A stretch of 63,128 nt of DNA, the filler included, from Sphacelaria rigidula (taxonomy: Eukaryota), in the NCBI GenBank assembly GCA_964200075.2. It is 6 parts of 6 records of this genome, joined end to end, with 100 filler letters (N's around TTAATTAATTAA, not from the genome) between each part and the next. Parts side by side here need not be neighbours in the genome. Positions count along the whole stretch, not along the records: positions 1 to 10,439 come from CAXNAA020006491.1; positions 10,540 to 20,977 come from CAXNAA020006492.1; 4 more parts are not named here. One strand, 5' to 3'. The position numbers and the translations under genes are program-made. The notes beneath the pieces were generated by a model that was given only the letters and a program-made list of their open reading frames with translations, made no database searches and was not told the DNA's origin. Positions 1 through 13,310 of the stretch are shown in pieces; the first letter of the stretch is position 1, and the number at the start of each line of letters is the position of its first letter.

Positions 1-69
1 TTTGGATGAGAGAAGGGGCTCCTAACAATTCTAGCCTCAGAAATTATTTCTGTACCCCTACCGTAGCAT
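1..69 (+). mobile_element. Right end of MITE family A (TIR ATGCTACGGTAGGGGTGCAC), cut by the contig start
   Basis: Aligns by eye with the right ends of the copies at 14400-14645 and 60685-61190, and ends in TACCCCTACCGTAGCAT. Confidence 0.75.
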
Positions 70-76
70 CACTCTA

Positions 77-198
77 GAACGAAACCAAGCGCGGAAATTC
101 CCGGCTTCTCGTTGTGCTCGGCTTTTCCCATTTCGATATTCGTGGAGATTTTGCTTCCCAAAACCACGCACTTTCGGGGGGGGGCTATCGTAGAAAGT
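77..198 (+). mobile_element. Right half of a MITE with TIR ACTTTCTACGATAGCCCCC
   Basis: Colinear with 62708-62832 and ends GGGGGCTATCGTAGAAAGT. The same terminus recurs at about 10585-10606. Confidence 0.7.
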
Positions 199-480
199 GT
201 CCAAGGTTCATGGATAAGAGCTGTAAAACCAAAATAATGAGTGTTGAAATATTTTGGATTCATCTCACGACCAAGAATTGCCATTCCAGCCGCTCCTCGA
301 CCTGCTCGGCGCAGTTACTCCCCAAGGAACACCAGTCGATGCACGAATTGGGATATCGTACACCTGTTTGCTTGAGTTTCTCATGCTCAACGAAACACTA
401 CACCCGATGTCGTCGGAACCCCGCTATATAAAGAAAAAAAGTCCCACGAAGGTCGCAGGGTACTGTCGTGTTGAACTATC

Positions 481-875
481 AACGTTTTCGTGAGATTGAG
501 AGAGTAGAGGATACGAGTGAGGGTGGAAAGCGGTCAATTAGTGAATGATTCGTTTCAGTTCCGAAATGCCCCTTCACGAGGCCCGGTATGCTTTCAGTAG
601 TAGCTCGCCACTGAGGACTTCAATATCCCCGAGTACGATATCGACGTGTAGCTGTGAGCACACGCTAGTGATGAAGGTGAAGAAAAGTACACACGGAATG
701 AAAAATTGGCTAGGTTAAAACGGATTCCCAAATCACCCTCAACCCTTAGACCGCGAGGTTCGTCTTTCTGGTCATGCATATTTTTTAAACTCGAAATTGA
801 TGCCAATTCACCAGAAGACGAACCTCGCGGTTCAAGGGTTAATCAACGCTCTACTTTCAATCTCACGAAAACGTT
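481..875. mobile_element. MITE (TIR AACGTTTTCGTGAGATTGA) hosting a nested piggyBac-type MITE
   Basis: TIRs at 481-499 and 857-875. The paralogous copy at 57782-58076 lacks the nested insert. Confidence 0.8.
743..838. mobile_element. 96-bp piggyBac-type MITE
   Basis: CCCTTAGACCGCGAGGTTCGTCT...AGACGAACCTCGCGGTTCAAGGG, flanked by TCAA and TTAA. CCCT...AGGG termini at TTAA are the piggyBac signature. A second copy lies at 36987-37084. Confidence 0.8.
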
Positions 876-1758
876 CTCCATTGTTGAACTAACTGCACTT
901 TTCAAAACAAACTGGTTCCGTTCCGTAATATACTTGACGTCGCAGCTCGAGTCTTCGGTTTACCTAGATGGGTTATGTGGACTCCGATAAACATATTCAA
1001 ACAAGTACGGTTCACCGCAAAGGATCAAGTTACCACTCGAATAGATCAACATGATGTATGCCGTATGTATGCCTTTCCTTTTGCGGGAAACATGGTTGAT
1101 TCCTAGCGACCCCCCCTGTCGAAAGCATGGCGTGTATTTCGCGAAACATGCACGGGCACCTCGATTAATTGGGCTGCGCAGTCAACAGCCACGTGTTTTC
1201 ATCGGTTAGCAGCACAGCGACCCGCATCCAGCAGTGAGCTGCATCCCGACCACAGCACAGTGCGCACACCCTGATCGAAGCTTTGCAAAACAAAGTTTCA
1301 TGATGTGTAAATTACTACAGAAAGGTAGTCAAGGCTGGGATGCCATAAAACCGATAAAAATGATAGACTCAGGCGGCACTTGCGTTAGGAAAAACTATTC
1401 CTTCATCACACAACTACTTTCGACACGTCCGGGCGAAGCGAAGGACCGGCGAAAATGAAACCTGTTTCATGCACGACTAACTGCGCGAGCCCCAGCCGAT
1501 GAATCCCCCACTATAATCACCATCACCGGTGTAAAAAAATACACGTTGTTCCTGAACTGTTGACTTCCGTGGCGAAACGATGCATCGCTACAGCTCACGG
1601 TGCGTCTAGTTCACGAGTGATGACACACAGAATTACAGCAATATCGGAGGGCAGGACCCCAGCTATCAAGTAGCCCTTTTCCTACCCTCTCCTCTTTCGA
1701 ATCTGCAACACCGCACCCTTGGCTTGCGCGTGGCCTCCGCTCTGCTCGAATTAAAAAT

Positions 1759-4700
1759 CTACTGGTCCTCAAGGGCGGACGCTCCCGAAATAATTTCGAT
1801 GAGCTCTGTAGTGATGCGAGATTGACGGGCGCGGTTGTAGATGAGCGTGAGGCTGTCAATCATTTCCCCAGCGTTCTTGGAGGCGTTCTCCATGGCGTTC
1901 ATACGGGAAGACTGCTCCGAGGTGGCGCTCTCCATGAGGCTGTGCCACACCTGGGAGGCCAGCAGGTACTCGTAGAGGTCCTGAAAAAAGGACGAGAGGG
2001 AGTGGGGACCCCTGGTTAGCATGCATGAGCGGTTCCGTTGTGTTTTGCCAGCACCACCTTGCATTATCTACACGAATATGATACTACGCAGTGTAATATT
2101 CCGTGGTCCCCAGACCCCGACTCGTGGAAAGTGGTTCAACCTCGGCGATTGTTCTCTTATTTTGAGAGCTGAATCCATGGTAGATCTACGGTGTTGTGCG
2201 CATGAAGAGTTGCGGGTCGCGCGATGGCGAATCTGGGATGCGGAGACACACCCCCGGACGGAATATGCCGACCAAGGCATCACTCGGCTACTGCGAGGAG
2301 AGTGAGGTCTTGAAAAAGGCGAGCAAGCACAATTGGCCCCGCGTGGTCGGTCTACCGTAAGCGACAATCGGAGTATCGTTGGTTCGTGGCGAAATGTACA
2401 AGTATCGAGGGACCTGCGCACTGGCTACGACGACACAAAGTCTATTGGTCCGTCTCTACGCAACATACTTTCTCTGTCGAGTTGCGAGTGCAACGCACAC
2501 AAACACAAGGACGACAGAGAACGGGAGCAACGACGCCAACGCTTCTCGCAAACGCCCGTGCATGCACAAATATCATCACGTAATTCCATGACGACCATAC
2601 AGAGAAAAACAGCGGAGGAAAGAACTCACATCTCCCGAGATTAAAGGAAAACCCGAGTACAGAAAACATCATCTGTGTCTCACACCCCCGTACTCAAAAC
2701 CCGAGAAGACTTCGAGTATGTTCCAAGTTGGACACGGACTCAACGCACCAATGTCCTCCATAATCAACCACCAGAAATTTTAGCGCGTGGCGCAAAACAA
2801 ACACGGTCAATGGTGAAACGAGTTTCCGAGTGTGACGGCTGAAGTAGGTACCTACTTCACCAAATGAGTTCGGCATGAATATCAACACCCGAGCAACACT
2901 GAAAAGAAGGCATTGGTTTTCCCCAGCTGTTCTTCCACCACGTGGTGGAGGAGTTGATTTTCAATCTTTCTACGCCGCGCTCGAGTGGTCTAACTGGTAC
3001 ACGAACAGCAGGTGAAGGCGGGAAGAAACACCTTGACCGTCCATGCTATTTACTTCCAGAGTTTGTGTGTTGATAGTCCCGCCAATTCTTCGGAGTACGG
3101 GTGACGAACTCTAGGCATACTGAAGGTGGACGCTAAATGGACACGTGCAACAGCGTTTTGCCATGGGCTACCGGGGCGGGTACACCTCCTTTTGCAGTCA
3201 TACTTGCGCAATCTACCGGCATCGTTTCGCTGCATCGAGACGGTTATGTCCCGCTCGTCGCACCTCGTTCGCGTATCACCATCGAGAGTGGTGAACGCGT
3301 GGCGGTGATTTATCTTGTGTAGCCCTCATCTCTCCGACGGGAATCAACTATTGCGAAACATTTCCCCCGGACCCTGTTCATCTAACGCTCATCACGGGCG
3401 GGGCGGCACAACGGTTGACATGCCTAATTTGCATTCGTAACGACAAGTTGTGATGTAGGCTACTGTACTGCTCACTAGGAGAAAAAACATCTGGAGCCTG
3501 GAAAAAAAAAACTCACGTCGAGCACTTCTTCCTTGGTGTCGGGCTCGAACTCGTACTCCACCATGATCTCCTCCTCCGACTTGCTGAGGTTAGGGATGGT
3601 CTTGATGGATGTGTCGTATGCAATCGCCGACCGGAAAACGTTGAAGACACTTTTTTTCATACCCCCCCGGTGTCAGTCGTTATTCCGCCGGCGGGTTTTG
3701 CGCGCAGCGATCGAGAGAAGACGTATTACGCAAAATTGTGGGCAGCGGGGACGAGTTGAGCATCACGCGTGTTGTTGCTTTTGTTCCCGTTGCCCGCACT
3801 AGCTCTGGCCATTTGAGCTGGGGTGGTGAGAGAGGAACAATTGGCATCAACGGAACACTGTAGTTTTCACCACCTTATGTAGCACATCTACCCTCTGTGG
3901 CGCATCTTCATCTGCTGTAGCTGGAGACAAGCAACGACAAATTTCGTTCGTGCTGCAAAGAGGGGTGCTGTGGGCCGACAAATGTATAGTACACTTTCGT
4001 CACCACCGATATACAAACTAAAAACGGTCGGAAAAATCTCGTTACGCGCGAAGCAGTGGACGTTTTGACGTTGCAATACATGAAGGCAAAAAAACGCGTC
4101 GTAGACAAAATTGCCATAAACGCAGCATAATCGTGGCGGCGATGGGTGCGATGCGTCAACCATGAACACACTCGACAAGATTGAAAACGTGCTTCTGGGG
4201 GGGGGGAGAAGGCCGGCAGGAGCTCACATGTGCAATGCGTCAAAATCATTCTTGAGAATCTCCGTGGCCATCGCGGTTGCCATGCCGAACTGCATGGGAA
4301 GCGCTGCGTCCATGCAGGCCGCCGATATATTCTGGCAAGGTATAGAAACACGGCAGACAAGACAGGAGTCTCATAATATTCAATGGCGGATGAGACAACC
4401 CGAGGAGACCGAAGAGTAACAAAACGGAAAACACACACTGTGACTGTAGAAACATGAATATAGCCCATACGTTCTCACACGGAGAAAGGCACGACGACCG
4501 CCTATCAACACGACACATACACACATGCCAGCGAGCGGAAATAACTGCGAGCAGTCCTTCCGGCGACTTTCGTCAGCGAATACCCTCGCACAAGAAGAAA
4601 TCCCTGCGAGATCCACATTCTACGCGTTATCTCGTCATCGCATTCGAGAGACGCTGGATATTCAGTGACATCGCCGGGTAACGACCAGAAATACCGGCCC

Positions 4701-7700
4701 GTGTGCAACGCGGGGAAACTGTACATGCACGACCCTCTGCACCTAGCAAAATTGAACAAAAACAAATAGGACAAAAGGAACGCAAACGACATTCGTTCCG
4801 CGCTTGCCCGCATAAAAGAGCAGGGTGCACTGGCACGGCACTACTACCGTACACAGTGTCCCGAGCGAGAACGTCAACACCCTTCAACCGTACGGTTGGC
4901 CAAAAATGTTTTGTGTACTGCGCTTGTGGTCTCTCACGTCGGGGCACACACGGGACAGCTGAGAGCGACCCTTCTCTCCTACGATGAAGATCTGGACATC
5001 CTTGCCCTCTTCCTTGGTGGTGACCAGCATCTTACGGATGGCACGGGTCACGAAGGAGTTGACACCTGCGTGACAATAATTACGAGGAGCGAGCAGAGCA
5101 CCATTCCACGGAGGGCAGGGAGAGGGCTGGCTTGTACCTTCACAACAAAAAACATGACCTTTCGGCTTGTACCTTCACCATCAATTCTTCTTCGAACAGA
5201 GGGACGGGAGTCATCGGGATGAAAACCCGACTCATGGACCGATTGACATGCACAAAAGCTCATCAACCGTTATCTCGGCCTTTTAGCCGTCAAGCATGAG
5301 TGGGACTTTCATTCGACAGAACATTACACCTCTGAATAGAACAACACTATTGATGAAGGAAGCACGGCCCCTCACACAGCCCGCCACATGGCAAAACGCA
5401 CACCTGCAACGCACCACCACGGCAAGTAGCCGCCGTCTCGACACATTTTCAAGCTTCCATTCGGGACTCCCCCCCTCCTCCGACACAGGCCAAGCTCGAA
5501 GAAAAAACAAAAACGCCCGAACACTCACGCATGCACCTGCACACCAAAAACGAGGTTTTATAACTGTAGTACAATACGCACGCGACGCAAGCGCGTCCAC
5601 GCCTCCAAAACGGCAAAGCGGGAAAAGGCCGAAGGCACGAGAAATAAGTCTTGCTCTGTTTTTTTCTGTACCTCCGCACAACCCTCGATCCGACGTGATG
5701 GCCACGATGAGGTTCTTCTGGGGCCAGCCAGAGGTGTCGATCCCGTCCTCCGTCACCTGCGGTGGATCGTTGATCTCTTTCGTCCACTCCTGCAAGGATC
5801 CGGTGATATTTACAAAAGGGGATGTAGGCACAGACAAACGTCGAGCGAAGACGGTACTGTATGTTTGTGGAATGCGTTGGAGAATTTCACCGTATTTCGC
5901 GGGGAGAAGTTATTTCTTCGTCCGGCGCTCCGTACTACACGTTGTGGAACGCTGCACACGCAGCTGCGACCAAGGGACAACGTAAAACACAATTTGCTGG
6001 CATGCCCGGAGGGAATGTGGACAATTGAAACTCATTTCAAGCAGCGTGTGCGCGCGGTCAGGAACATACTAATTTTGAAACACAAGTACGTCTTGCTGAC
6101 ACTCCGACGATAGTGGGATATTCCCCAATCGTGGTCTCCTCCTTCATCTCAGCTTCTTGCTTGGCGGCAACGGCGCGCCACGTTAGGACTCGAGCAAGTA
6201 GGTAGGTAGTTTACTCTGGGATGTTGGGCATGAAGGTCTCCGTCGAATGTTCACTACATGGAACAAGATGGGCGCGGCGGTCTCATTTCACGTGGTTTTT
6301 ACTGGCGAACCCACGAGCTCTGGGCATCGTGCTGCCCACGCTGCATACACCCAGTGTTTCGTGCGCGCAAGGCAGCTGTTGGGGTCGGCATAATTTCGTT
6401 AGCCTTCTTTTCGTATTTGGAAGGGAGTAGAAAACGATACAGTCCATGTTGGATACGAGCCGTACGGAAGCCATGTCGAGGGCGCTTTTGTGTCACAGCG
6501 TTCGCGGGATTGTCCGAGCTGTGTCGCGCCCTTACTGGCGACTTGGATGTAATTCCGCTACACCATCTTTTGTACGATGGACAGCCCATGATTTGTAGAC
6601 CATACGCACTTCCCTGGTGTCTCAACTCAAAGTGGAACCATAGGTTTTCGCATTCGATGGTGGCACAGCGGTATCAAGGACGTATATGTCATGGAACAGT
6701 TGGTGCAAAGATGTCATATGCCACGTTCACCACTTATTGACATCATGTCAGACTTGCAGCAATTCATCCAGGACTTGAGCAAGGACGTTCAGGTAACGAG
6801 GTTCGTGTAAACCCGTCAACCATTGGACGAGTCCACAAGTATGTGAGTTGCCTCAGTGACTTCGAAAGCAGTATGTTACGAGAGTGGCTTTCGCAACACT
6901 CCAAGGCTGATAGGCGCAGGGTTAAGGGGTTCAACACCAGAACAGCGACAACCTCTGCTTCGTCTCATCCCACATCGCTTTCTTGTGGTTGCTGGGTGCT
7001 GTAGTTTGTTCCGACGAAATGGAGGTCAAGTGTGCAGTGTTGACCACCTGAGGGCCAGGCCTCGTTTCGGTGCAATATTTCGGTTGACATTCCTGCGAAA
7101 GTACAGTCGTCCGCAGTTGCTCTAGTTTCGTTCAAGTCGCACCGCGCCGGACAAATGCGGTGTCTGGCGTACGCTCTGAGCCTTTCGCTCGATTTGGCCT
7201 TTGCCATCAGTTGTCCATCTGGCCCATTGATATAGCAAGTAAAAGATCCATGTTTGACCCATTTGACTTGGAGTACTTCCACGTTATCCGTTTACTCTCA
7301 ACTCGCGTAATGTGGCGTTTTCAATGTGGGCAAAGCTATCAACAGCCTCCTCAGGTGCCCATCCAATGTCGACCTAGTGGGTTCGGCGTTATGAAGTGTC
7401 AAGCCCCTAAACCAGCGTTGTTCATCTTCATCGACCAAGTTAGGAAGACGTGGGCAGTACGACCTTTACTTCGTATATGGCAGGCACAACACTGTCGAAC
7501 GATGTAGATGAACCACAGCTGGATGATGACCAACAGACGGGCAACATAATGAGTGCACTTCGAAACATATGTATCACGTACGGAAGAGATGGGGAGGGGG
7601 GGAGGGGAGGAAGGGGGGGCAAGGATCTTGTCCCTTCGTTTTGTACTCACATTGAAAGGCTGGGCAGCTCTGAGTCGAGCCTCGTCACCTCGCAGTTTAG

Positions 7701-9402
7701 CAGCGGAAACCATCTTCATGGACTGCGTGATTTTAGAGATGTTCTTTGTCGCGTTGATGCGCATCATAATCTGCTTCTCCGTTGCCATCCCTCGAGCGGG
7801 GGCGCTGCAATATTGAACAGAAACACCGTGCATATTAGACCGTTGAGAGGACAGCTCAATACACTCAAATTTATTTGATGGGGCATGGGCGTGGGGTACG
7901 TTGACTTTTGAAGACATCAATTTGCATGATGGCAAACAAGAGGGATACAAAAACACCGCAGCGGATGAGATGGGTGTTTGCAGTAAAAAAATCACGATGA
8001 AACCCTCGTACTCGTCGTATTTACACGACGGTCGTCACGATGCGGCAAGTCGAACGTGCGCCTCGGGGTACACTTTGGCGCGGAGCTCTCCCCCGTGCAG
8101 TGGTTACGGAACAGTAGTGTTGTGGCTGTGCAAAACGATGCAAGTAGCTTCGAGAAATGCAGATACTACGCGAGTAAAAACACCAATACGTGCAGAGCAA
8201 GATGGGGGAGAAACACGCCGATTCGCCCACGAGACTCACTGATTTAAACGAGGGCATGAAAGACTTGACTGCATTGCTCGGTAGTGTACTAGTGTGGCTT
8301 CTTGGATAGCTCGCGGGGTTGACTACGCTCTTATCGGCCGACGCCATGATGCGCCCGACGCGCTGATAGTCGTACTGAGTAGTTGCGTTGTAGTAAAAAA
8401 TGACTTGTTGCTGTACTGGACTATGCTTAGCAACAGAAGTGGGGCGCGGGTTGACGTTCAGTATCCGTTTTCGACACGAAGGCACCGCAAACTGGCCGCA
8501 ACATCCTATGCTGGGTCATGGACTATGGCTAGGGCAGCCGAAAAAGGCGTGTTCGTATTTGTGCTGAGCCGCCCGATTCATTTTGGACGTCCCGGGAAAT
8601 GAGCGTGAAGGGTGGTTGTTAGAGGAGTAGAAGGGGACTGAATAAGGCCGCGGTCTGGATGGTGTTGTGCGACTTCCCCATATTTGCGCAGCGCACAACT
8701 GCACAGATGGACTGCTACCATGTGGGGCAGCCAGCAATACCGCAACATTTTTACTACTGGTGAAAGGGGGAGGGGGCAAGGGCAGCGGGTGAGGTGCTAT
8801 ACATATGAGGAAGGACGGCATATGTCCTGCACTTTAGTTATGCCTCGCAGCGTGTACGCAAGTTTGCCTTGTAGACATTACAGCTACACTTGTTCCATAT
8901 TTCGGAAACACATGTAGAAGCGGTCGGCAAGATATGCAGACCCATCCGCACCGAGTTCTGTGCCTTTTACCCCCGTAGTCGCTGAAATGTGTAGACGGGC
9001 TGTGCAAAGACTGTAGCCAAACAGGAGGAACGAGCGCAAAACCAGAAACGCTCACGCAAGCACCGATTATGGGTCACGAATACTTGGGAGAGTGTACTGT
9101 ACTGGAAGCACTGACACATCTTCCTGAGACGGCACAGCTGCTACTGCGATGATTGCATATTCACACATCACATGATGCTCACTCTTTGTCAAGCTGTACG
9201 CTCTTCCTTGCACGGGTAAGCGGTGCCAGCTTGGCCAGCCCTTTCTCACCGGGACGTGATTTTGGTGCCCTTTGGGACATCGGGTTCACAATGAGCAACG
9301 TCTGATAGAGCTCCTTGCAAGCTCGAAAGTTTTGCACCAGGATTCTCACCTCGCCGCAAGCGCGCGAGCTGGCCGTAAAGACCTGCATACAGCCGCCCTC
9401 AT
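1759..9402 (-). CDS. ATP3: Mitochondrial F1-ATP synthase gamma subunit, complete 7-exon gene (303 aa)
   Basis: Exons (minus): 9402-9350, 7804-7651, 5789-5672, 5065-4938, 4331-4228, 3649-3517, 1980-1759. All introns are GT..AG, phases are compatible and the total is 912 nt. The protein begins with an Arg/Ala-rich presequence [23 protein letters not shown]. It then has the hallmark gamma motifs [32 protein letters not shown] and [50 protein letters not shown]. Confidence 0.97.
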
Positions 9403-10439
9403 GATCGTGTCGCAAGTACTCTTGGCAAATAGCCCCCGTAGCTCTGCTACTCTGCGCTCAGGCAACACGATGTTGGAACCCGAGGCACGAGGCTCACAAC
9501 TCTATTGCTACGCTTAGAACCGTCATTACTCACACTTAATCTGCATTTTTCTGGTCGTACTACATACATTCTCAATCTCCGTAGATTTCTTCGCGGGGAC
9601 ATAAGTCAGAGGTCAGCGGTGGGAAACAAGGATATCGTCTTTAACAAGGGACACGCGAAGAAAGGCACACTAAGCCCCAACTACTGGATACTGGGTACTT
9701 GATATTTTCTGAGGTAAGCTGATCCAAAAGTGTGCATGCACCCTGCTGATGCCGCCCCCCTGTTCTTCGGTTTTGTTAGTGCAGTCAACAACAGAGTCTG
9801 TCCGCACTCCGGCACACCATCACATCATGCTTGGTTTCACGTCACTACTTTAGCATTCACTCAGTGACAACTCAGCATCCGAGAATGTCCGCTGCGTCGC
9901 GTGACGTCGTATTCATACTTGATGGGGGCACAGATGTTGGCTTTGTACAACTGTTTTATTCATATGTCCATCATCTGTTGTGCGTGCGGTAGTAGTATCT
10001 CACATTTCAAACTACAGCGTGCGGAGTTTCAGTCGCGCCATCTTTGCCCGACCTGCACTTCCTCTCTCGTAACGAAATATCCTTCGTTCTGCAATGCGCT
10101 TTGCAGATGATGCATCACCTCAACGTATCATACGCAAGGGAGTGCACAGACTCAGGGTGCAGTGCTTCCTTTTCACATTTTTGTTGTTGGTGGCACCCTG
10201 CTGCGCAGAGCAAAGCCTCCAGTAGGAAGATCTCGATGAGATCTTTCGATCTTTCTCAAAACACAACTATCGGCGCCGTGTGTGACCCAAGAAAACTGTT
10301 CGGTGGATGAGTGCTCGCACATGAACTGATCCGCTACAACTCCACCCGTGGTTGTGAAAAGGACGTACCCAAGGCGAAATGCACCGAAACATTCAGCGAA
10401 GAATAATCGAGAAAAGGGAAAACTGATGGGGAGGGGGGG

Positions 10440-10539
10440 NNNNNNNNNNNNNNNNNNNNNNNNNNNNNNNNNNNNNNNNNNNNTTAATTAATTAANNNNN
10501 NNNNNNNNNNNNNNNNNNNNNNNNNNNNNNNNNNNNNNN
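10440..10539. other. Artificial 100-bp contig linker (N44-TTAATTAATTAA-N44)
   Basis: The identical linker occurs five times, 10538 bp apart. Confidence 0.98.
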
Positions 10540-11057
10540 GGCGCTGTCTGGCCATTTTTTTCGTGACACTTTTGAGCTGGTTTTGGGGGGGGCTATCGTA
10601 GAAAGTGCCTCCCCACGTACGCGTTATGATCTCACCTTTTATCGTGGGCACGAAACGTAGGGGTCCCCGTCCGAGACAACGTGTGAGGTATTCATTTTTA
10701 ATCTGTGGTCATGGCTGCTCGATTTTTTCAGGAGGTAAATCCGCGTGTTACCTTGAGTGCGCTTTATCTTGTGCCCATGGGTGCATTTGTAGCTAATGAA
10801 TCAGTGTGGGGTTAACCGATCGATGAACATGGCGTTCCAAGAGGCCCCGTGCAGGCTTGCACCCTTTCTCGCGGAGTCAGGTGAATATGGTACCATTTGT
10901 ATGTCAATCTCTATGTTCGATCCAGGGAATTCTCAGTGGGCTCCCGTGGTCGGCGAAGAACAGTTCCACAAAAACTCTGCGATTGCAGCATGAATTTTGG
11001 TCACAACTGATACTCGAGTTTGCATACGCATTGTTCCGATCCTTTAGTCCTGGTCGT

Positions 11058-11357
11058 ACCGTACCGTGCAGCACGAAGAGCAACGTCGACGAGAATTCTT
11101 CGAAGCTCGACTCCAACCCCGACGGTAGGGCGTTTGTGAAGCCGAAACCAAAGGACTGGGATCAGAAGTGAGTATTTCCCGTAGAGCTGTTGTACGCCTT
11201 TGTTGTTTTCAACCAAGATGTACAACAGCTGTGCAGGAGATACTCACTCCTTACCCCAGCCTTTTGGTTTGGGCTTCAGGAATACCCTGCCGTCGGGATT
11301 GGAGTTGATCTTCGAAGCCTGCTCGTCGTCTTCGCTCATTGCGCTGTACGAAACAGA
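11058..11357. ncRNA. Long gapless fold-back hairpin, candidate pre-miRNA or hairpin RNA
   Basis: The arms are symmetric about a TTTT loop at 11206-11209. The core 11098-11195 versus 11220-11317 shows about 18 differences in 98 nt and no indels. The structure is seen directly; the ncRNA function is inferred. Confidence 0.5.
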
Positions 11358-11979
11358 CATGGCTGACAACTATGCGGAATAACAAAGAAGGTCTTCGTGC
11401 AAAGAGCTGTCCGAAATAGATGCGTACAACAATGTTAGCAGTACAGCACTACCATCGAGATTCGGTAAATATCGCACACGAGCGTGTCGCTCGTGCGCGT
11501 GAGATAGTCGGCAGCATATTCACTCATATAAACTGCAGTGCCCTGCTGATATGACTGCTATATCGACCCCCAAGTTTGATTGCATGAAGTATGTTCAAGT
11601 CTCGAAGCCCGACTTTTTTTTCTGGGTTTCGTGCCCGTGAAAACGTGAGCTAGAAAGTACGCAGAATCCCATGCAAGTCGACAGGATTGCGACGGTGCTG
11701 ATCGAAAACTAAGTACCAAAAGGGCAGAGAAGCCCCGCGAATCACACGGCATGCTTTTTTGAGACAGCGGACTACTGTTTTCACGAATAGAGGCCTCCAC
11801 GTCTATTTGGGGCGTATCGGCTGACAAGTCGTCATTTGGGACGAAACTGCACTACAGCAGGAGATCGGTTCCCGACCTAAACGGAAAATCACGATCTGGT
11901 GATTCCATACACCTTGTTTCACCACAGTGTACAATATATGTTTGTGCTCGAGAAGCGCTTGCTCGACGTTATGCATACG

Positions 11980-13310
11980 CGCATAATCTTACGGTACATC
12001 TATGAACGACAATTCAAGATGAACCCTAGTTGAGCCGGCCAAGAGCTCGAAGATCCGTCAATATCGCCGCGCTCAGGTACCGTTTTCCGAGTCGGGACAT
12101 GGAGCTTTGGCACGTGATTTGCAAGGTACTCGACGACACATTTTCGACCGCTCCCCTGATGCTTTTATTGCCGAAATTCGACCAGCCCAATTTTGCCCAG
12201 ACACGGTGAACCTAATTGGATTGGTTCTATTTCAGCGAATATCAGCAAGGTTCATGACGAATTTCAACGTGTTGGCGCGTACCTTGCAAGTCACGTGCAA
12301 AGCGTTCAGGACCTAATTCGAAAGGATGAGCTGCACGAGGCGATATTATCACACAAACACCGCACCGCATCCAAACCTATCAACCGGGTCGATAGGGTTC
12401 CAAGTATAGCACTCGAACGGCATTGAATCATAAAATGACATGTCCACCGCCTATCTTCTCGCCTGAAGCGTTACACCTTCAGAACGTTCGGGAGCATCTG
12501 CGGCAACGTTTTTGAGATCAACAAGTTTTGGAAGAGCATAGACAACTGATTATACGACGCTCCACTCAGCGATTCCCAAGCCTTAGGATGACTGCCTGCG
12601 CGTGACCGCAGAAACTAGCTGGTTGCAACGTCATGCTCAGCTTACTCTGACACAGTGCTGTTCAAAAAGACCAGGGTCTTGGACATAATACTAGACTTTT
12701 GGCTGGCCCAGTTTGTGTCAGACGCACCATGATGTGCACAACAAGGTACTGCACAGCACTGTTTCCGTACGGGAGGAATGACTGAAGAACTAGGCGCCTG
12801 AGAAGAACTACTCAGTATGCCGATGTTCTCTGTATGATCGTTTGGACAAAACCTTCGCGCTTCTCTGGGAAATGTTCTGTGGGTTGGCGCGGTAAGAGAA
12901 TGCAAGTACTTCGAATCTCTTGAAATGCTGACCTTGATATGCCTATTAATGGCAGGTATCCATCATACTCGTCCTCTGCATGTGCATTTTTCGACCTTTG
13001 CCGTGATGGATATGCTCGAGGTATACCGTCGCCATGGAACACAGGGTAGTCCCGGTGCATTGCCCGTGACTGAACAGAGCAGAAGATGCGTCGTCCACGA
13101 GTTCCGACCGCTATCATTCGCCTGTGCACCTTTCAATGGGATAACGCAACAGCGTCGAATATCCACCCACTTCTAGGACGGGCTGTTCGAACGTGGGCAG
13201 GATCTCTGTTTATTTCAACGACATCTTCCCCGAACATCGGTAGGATATCTGTTGGGTTCGAAGAATTTTCCAAACATTAAAACAACATTGGTTTCTGCAG
13301 GACCTGAGGT
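11980..13310 (+). pseudogene. Heavily decayed Ty3/gypsy pol relic (tentative)
   Basis: Frameshifted fragments resemble the RT start (STAPLMLLLPK...TVNL...MTNF), the integrase (FVSDA) and a chromodomain-like RTW, in the expected order. Many stops. Confidence 0.3.

Noticed and set aside
5296..5985. 229-aa plus-strand ORF
   Set aside because: Antisense shadow over an ATP3 exon and its introns, with no recognisable motif.
6500..7540. Coding-like composition inside ATP3 intron 2 (e.g. LQVKW)
   Set aside because: Many stops, no termini, and no family could be assigned.
10484..10495. Regularly spaced TTAATTAATTAA motif every 10538 bp
   Set aside because: It is an assembly linker inside N-runs, not biological periodicity.
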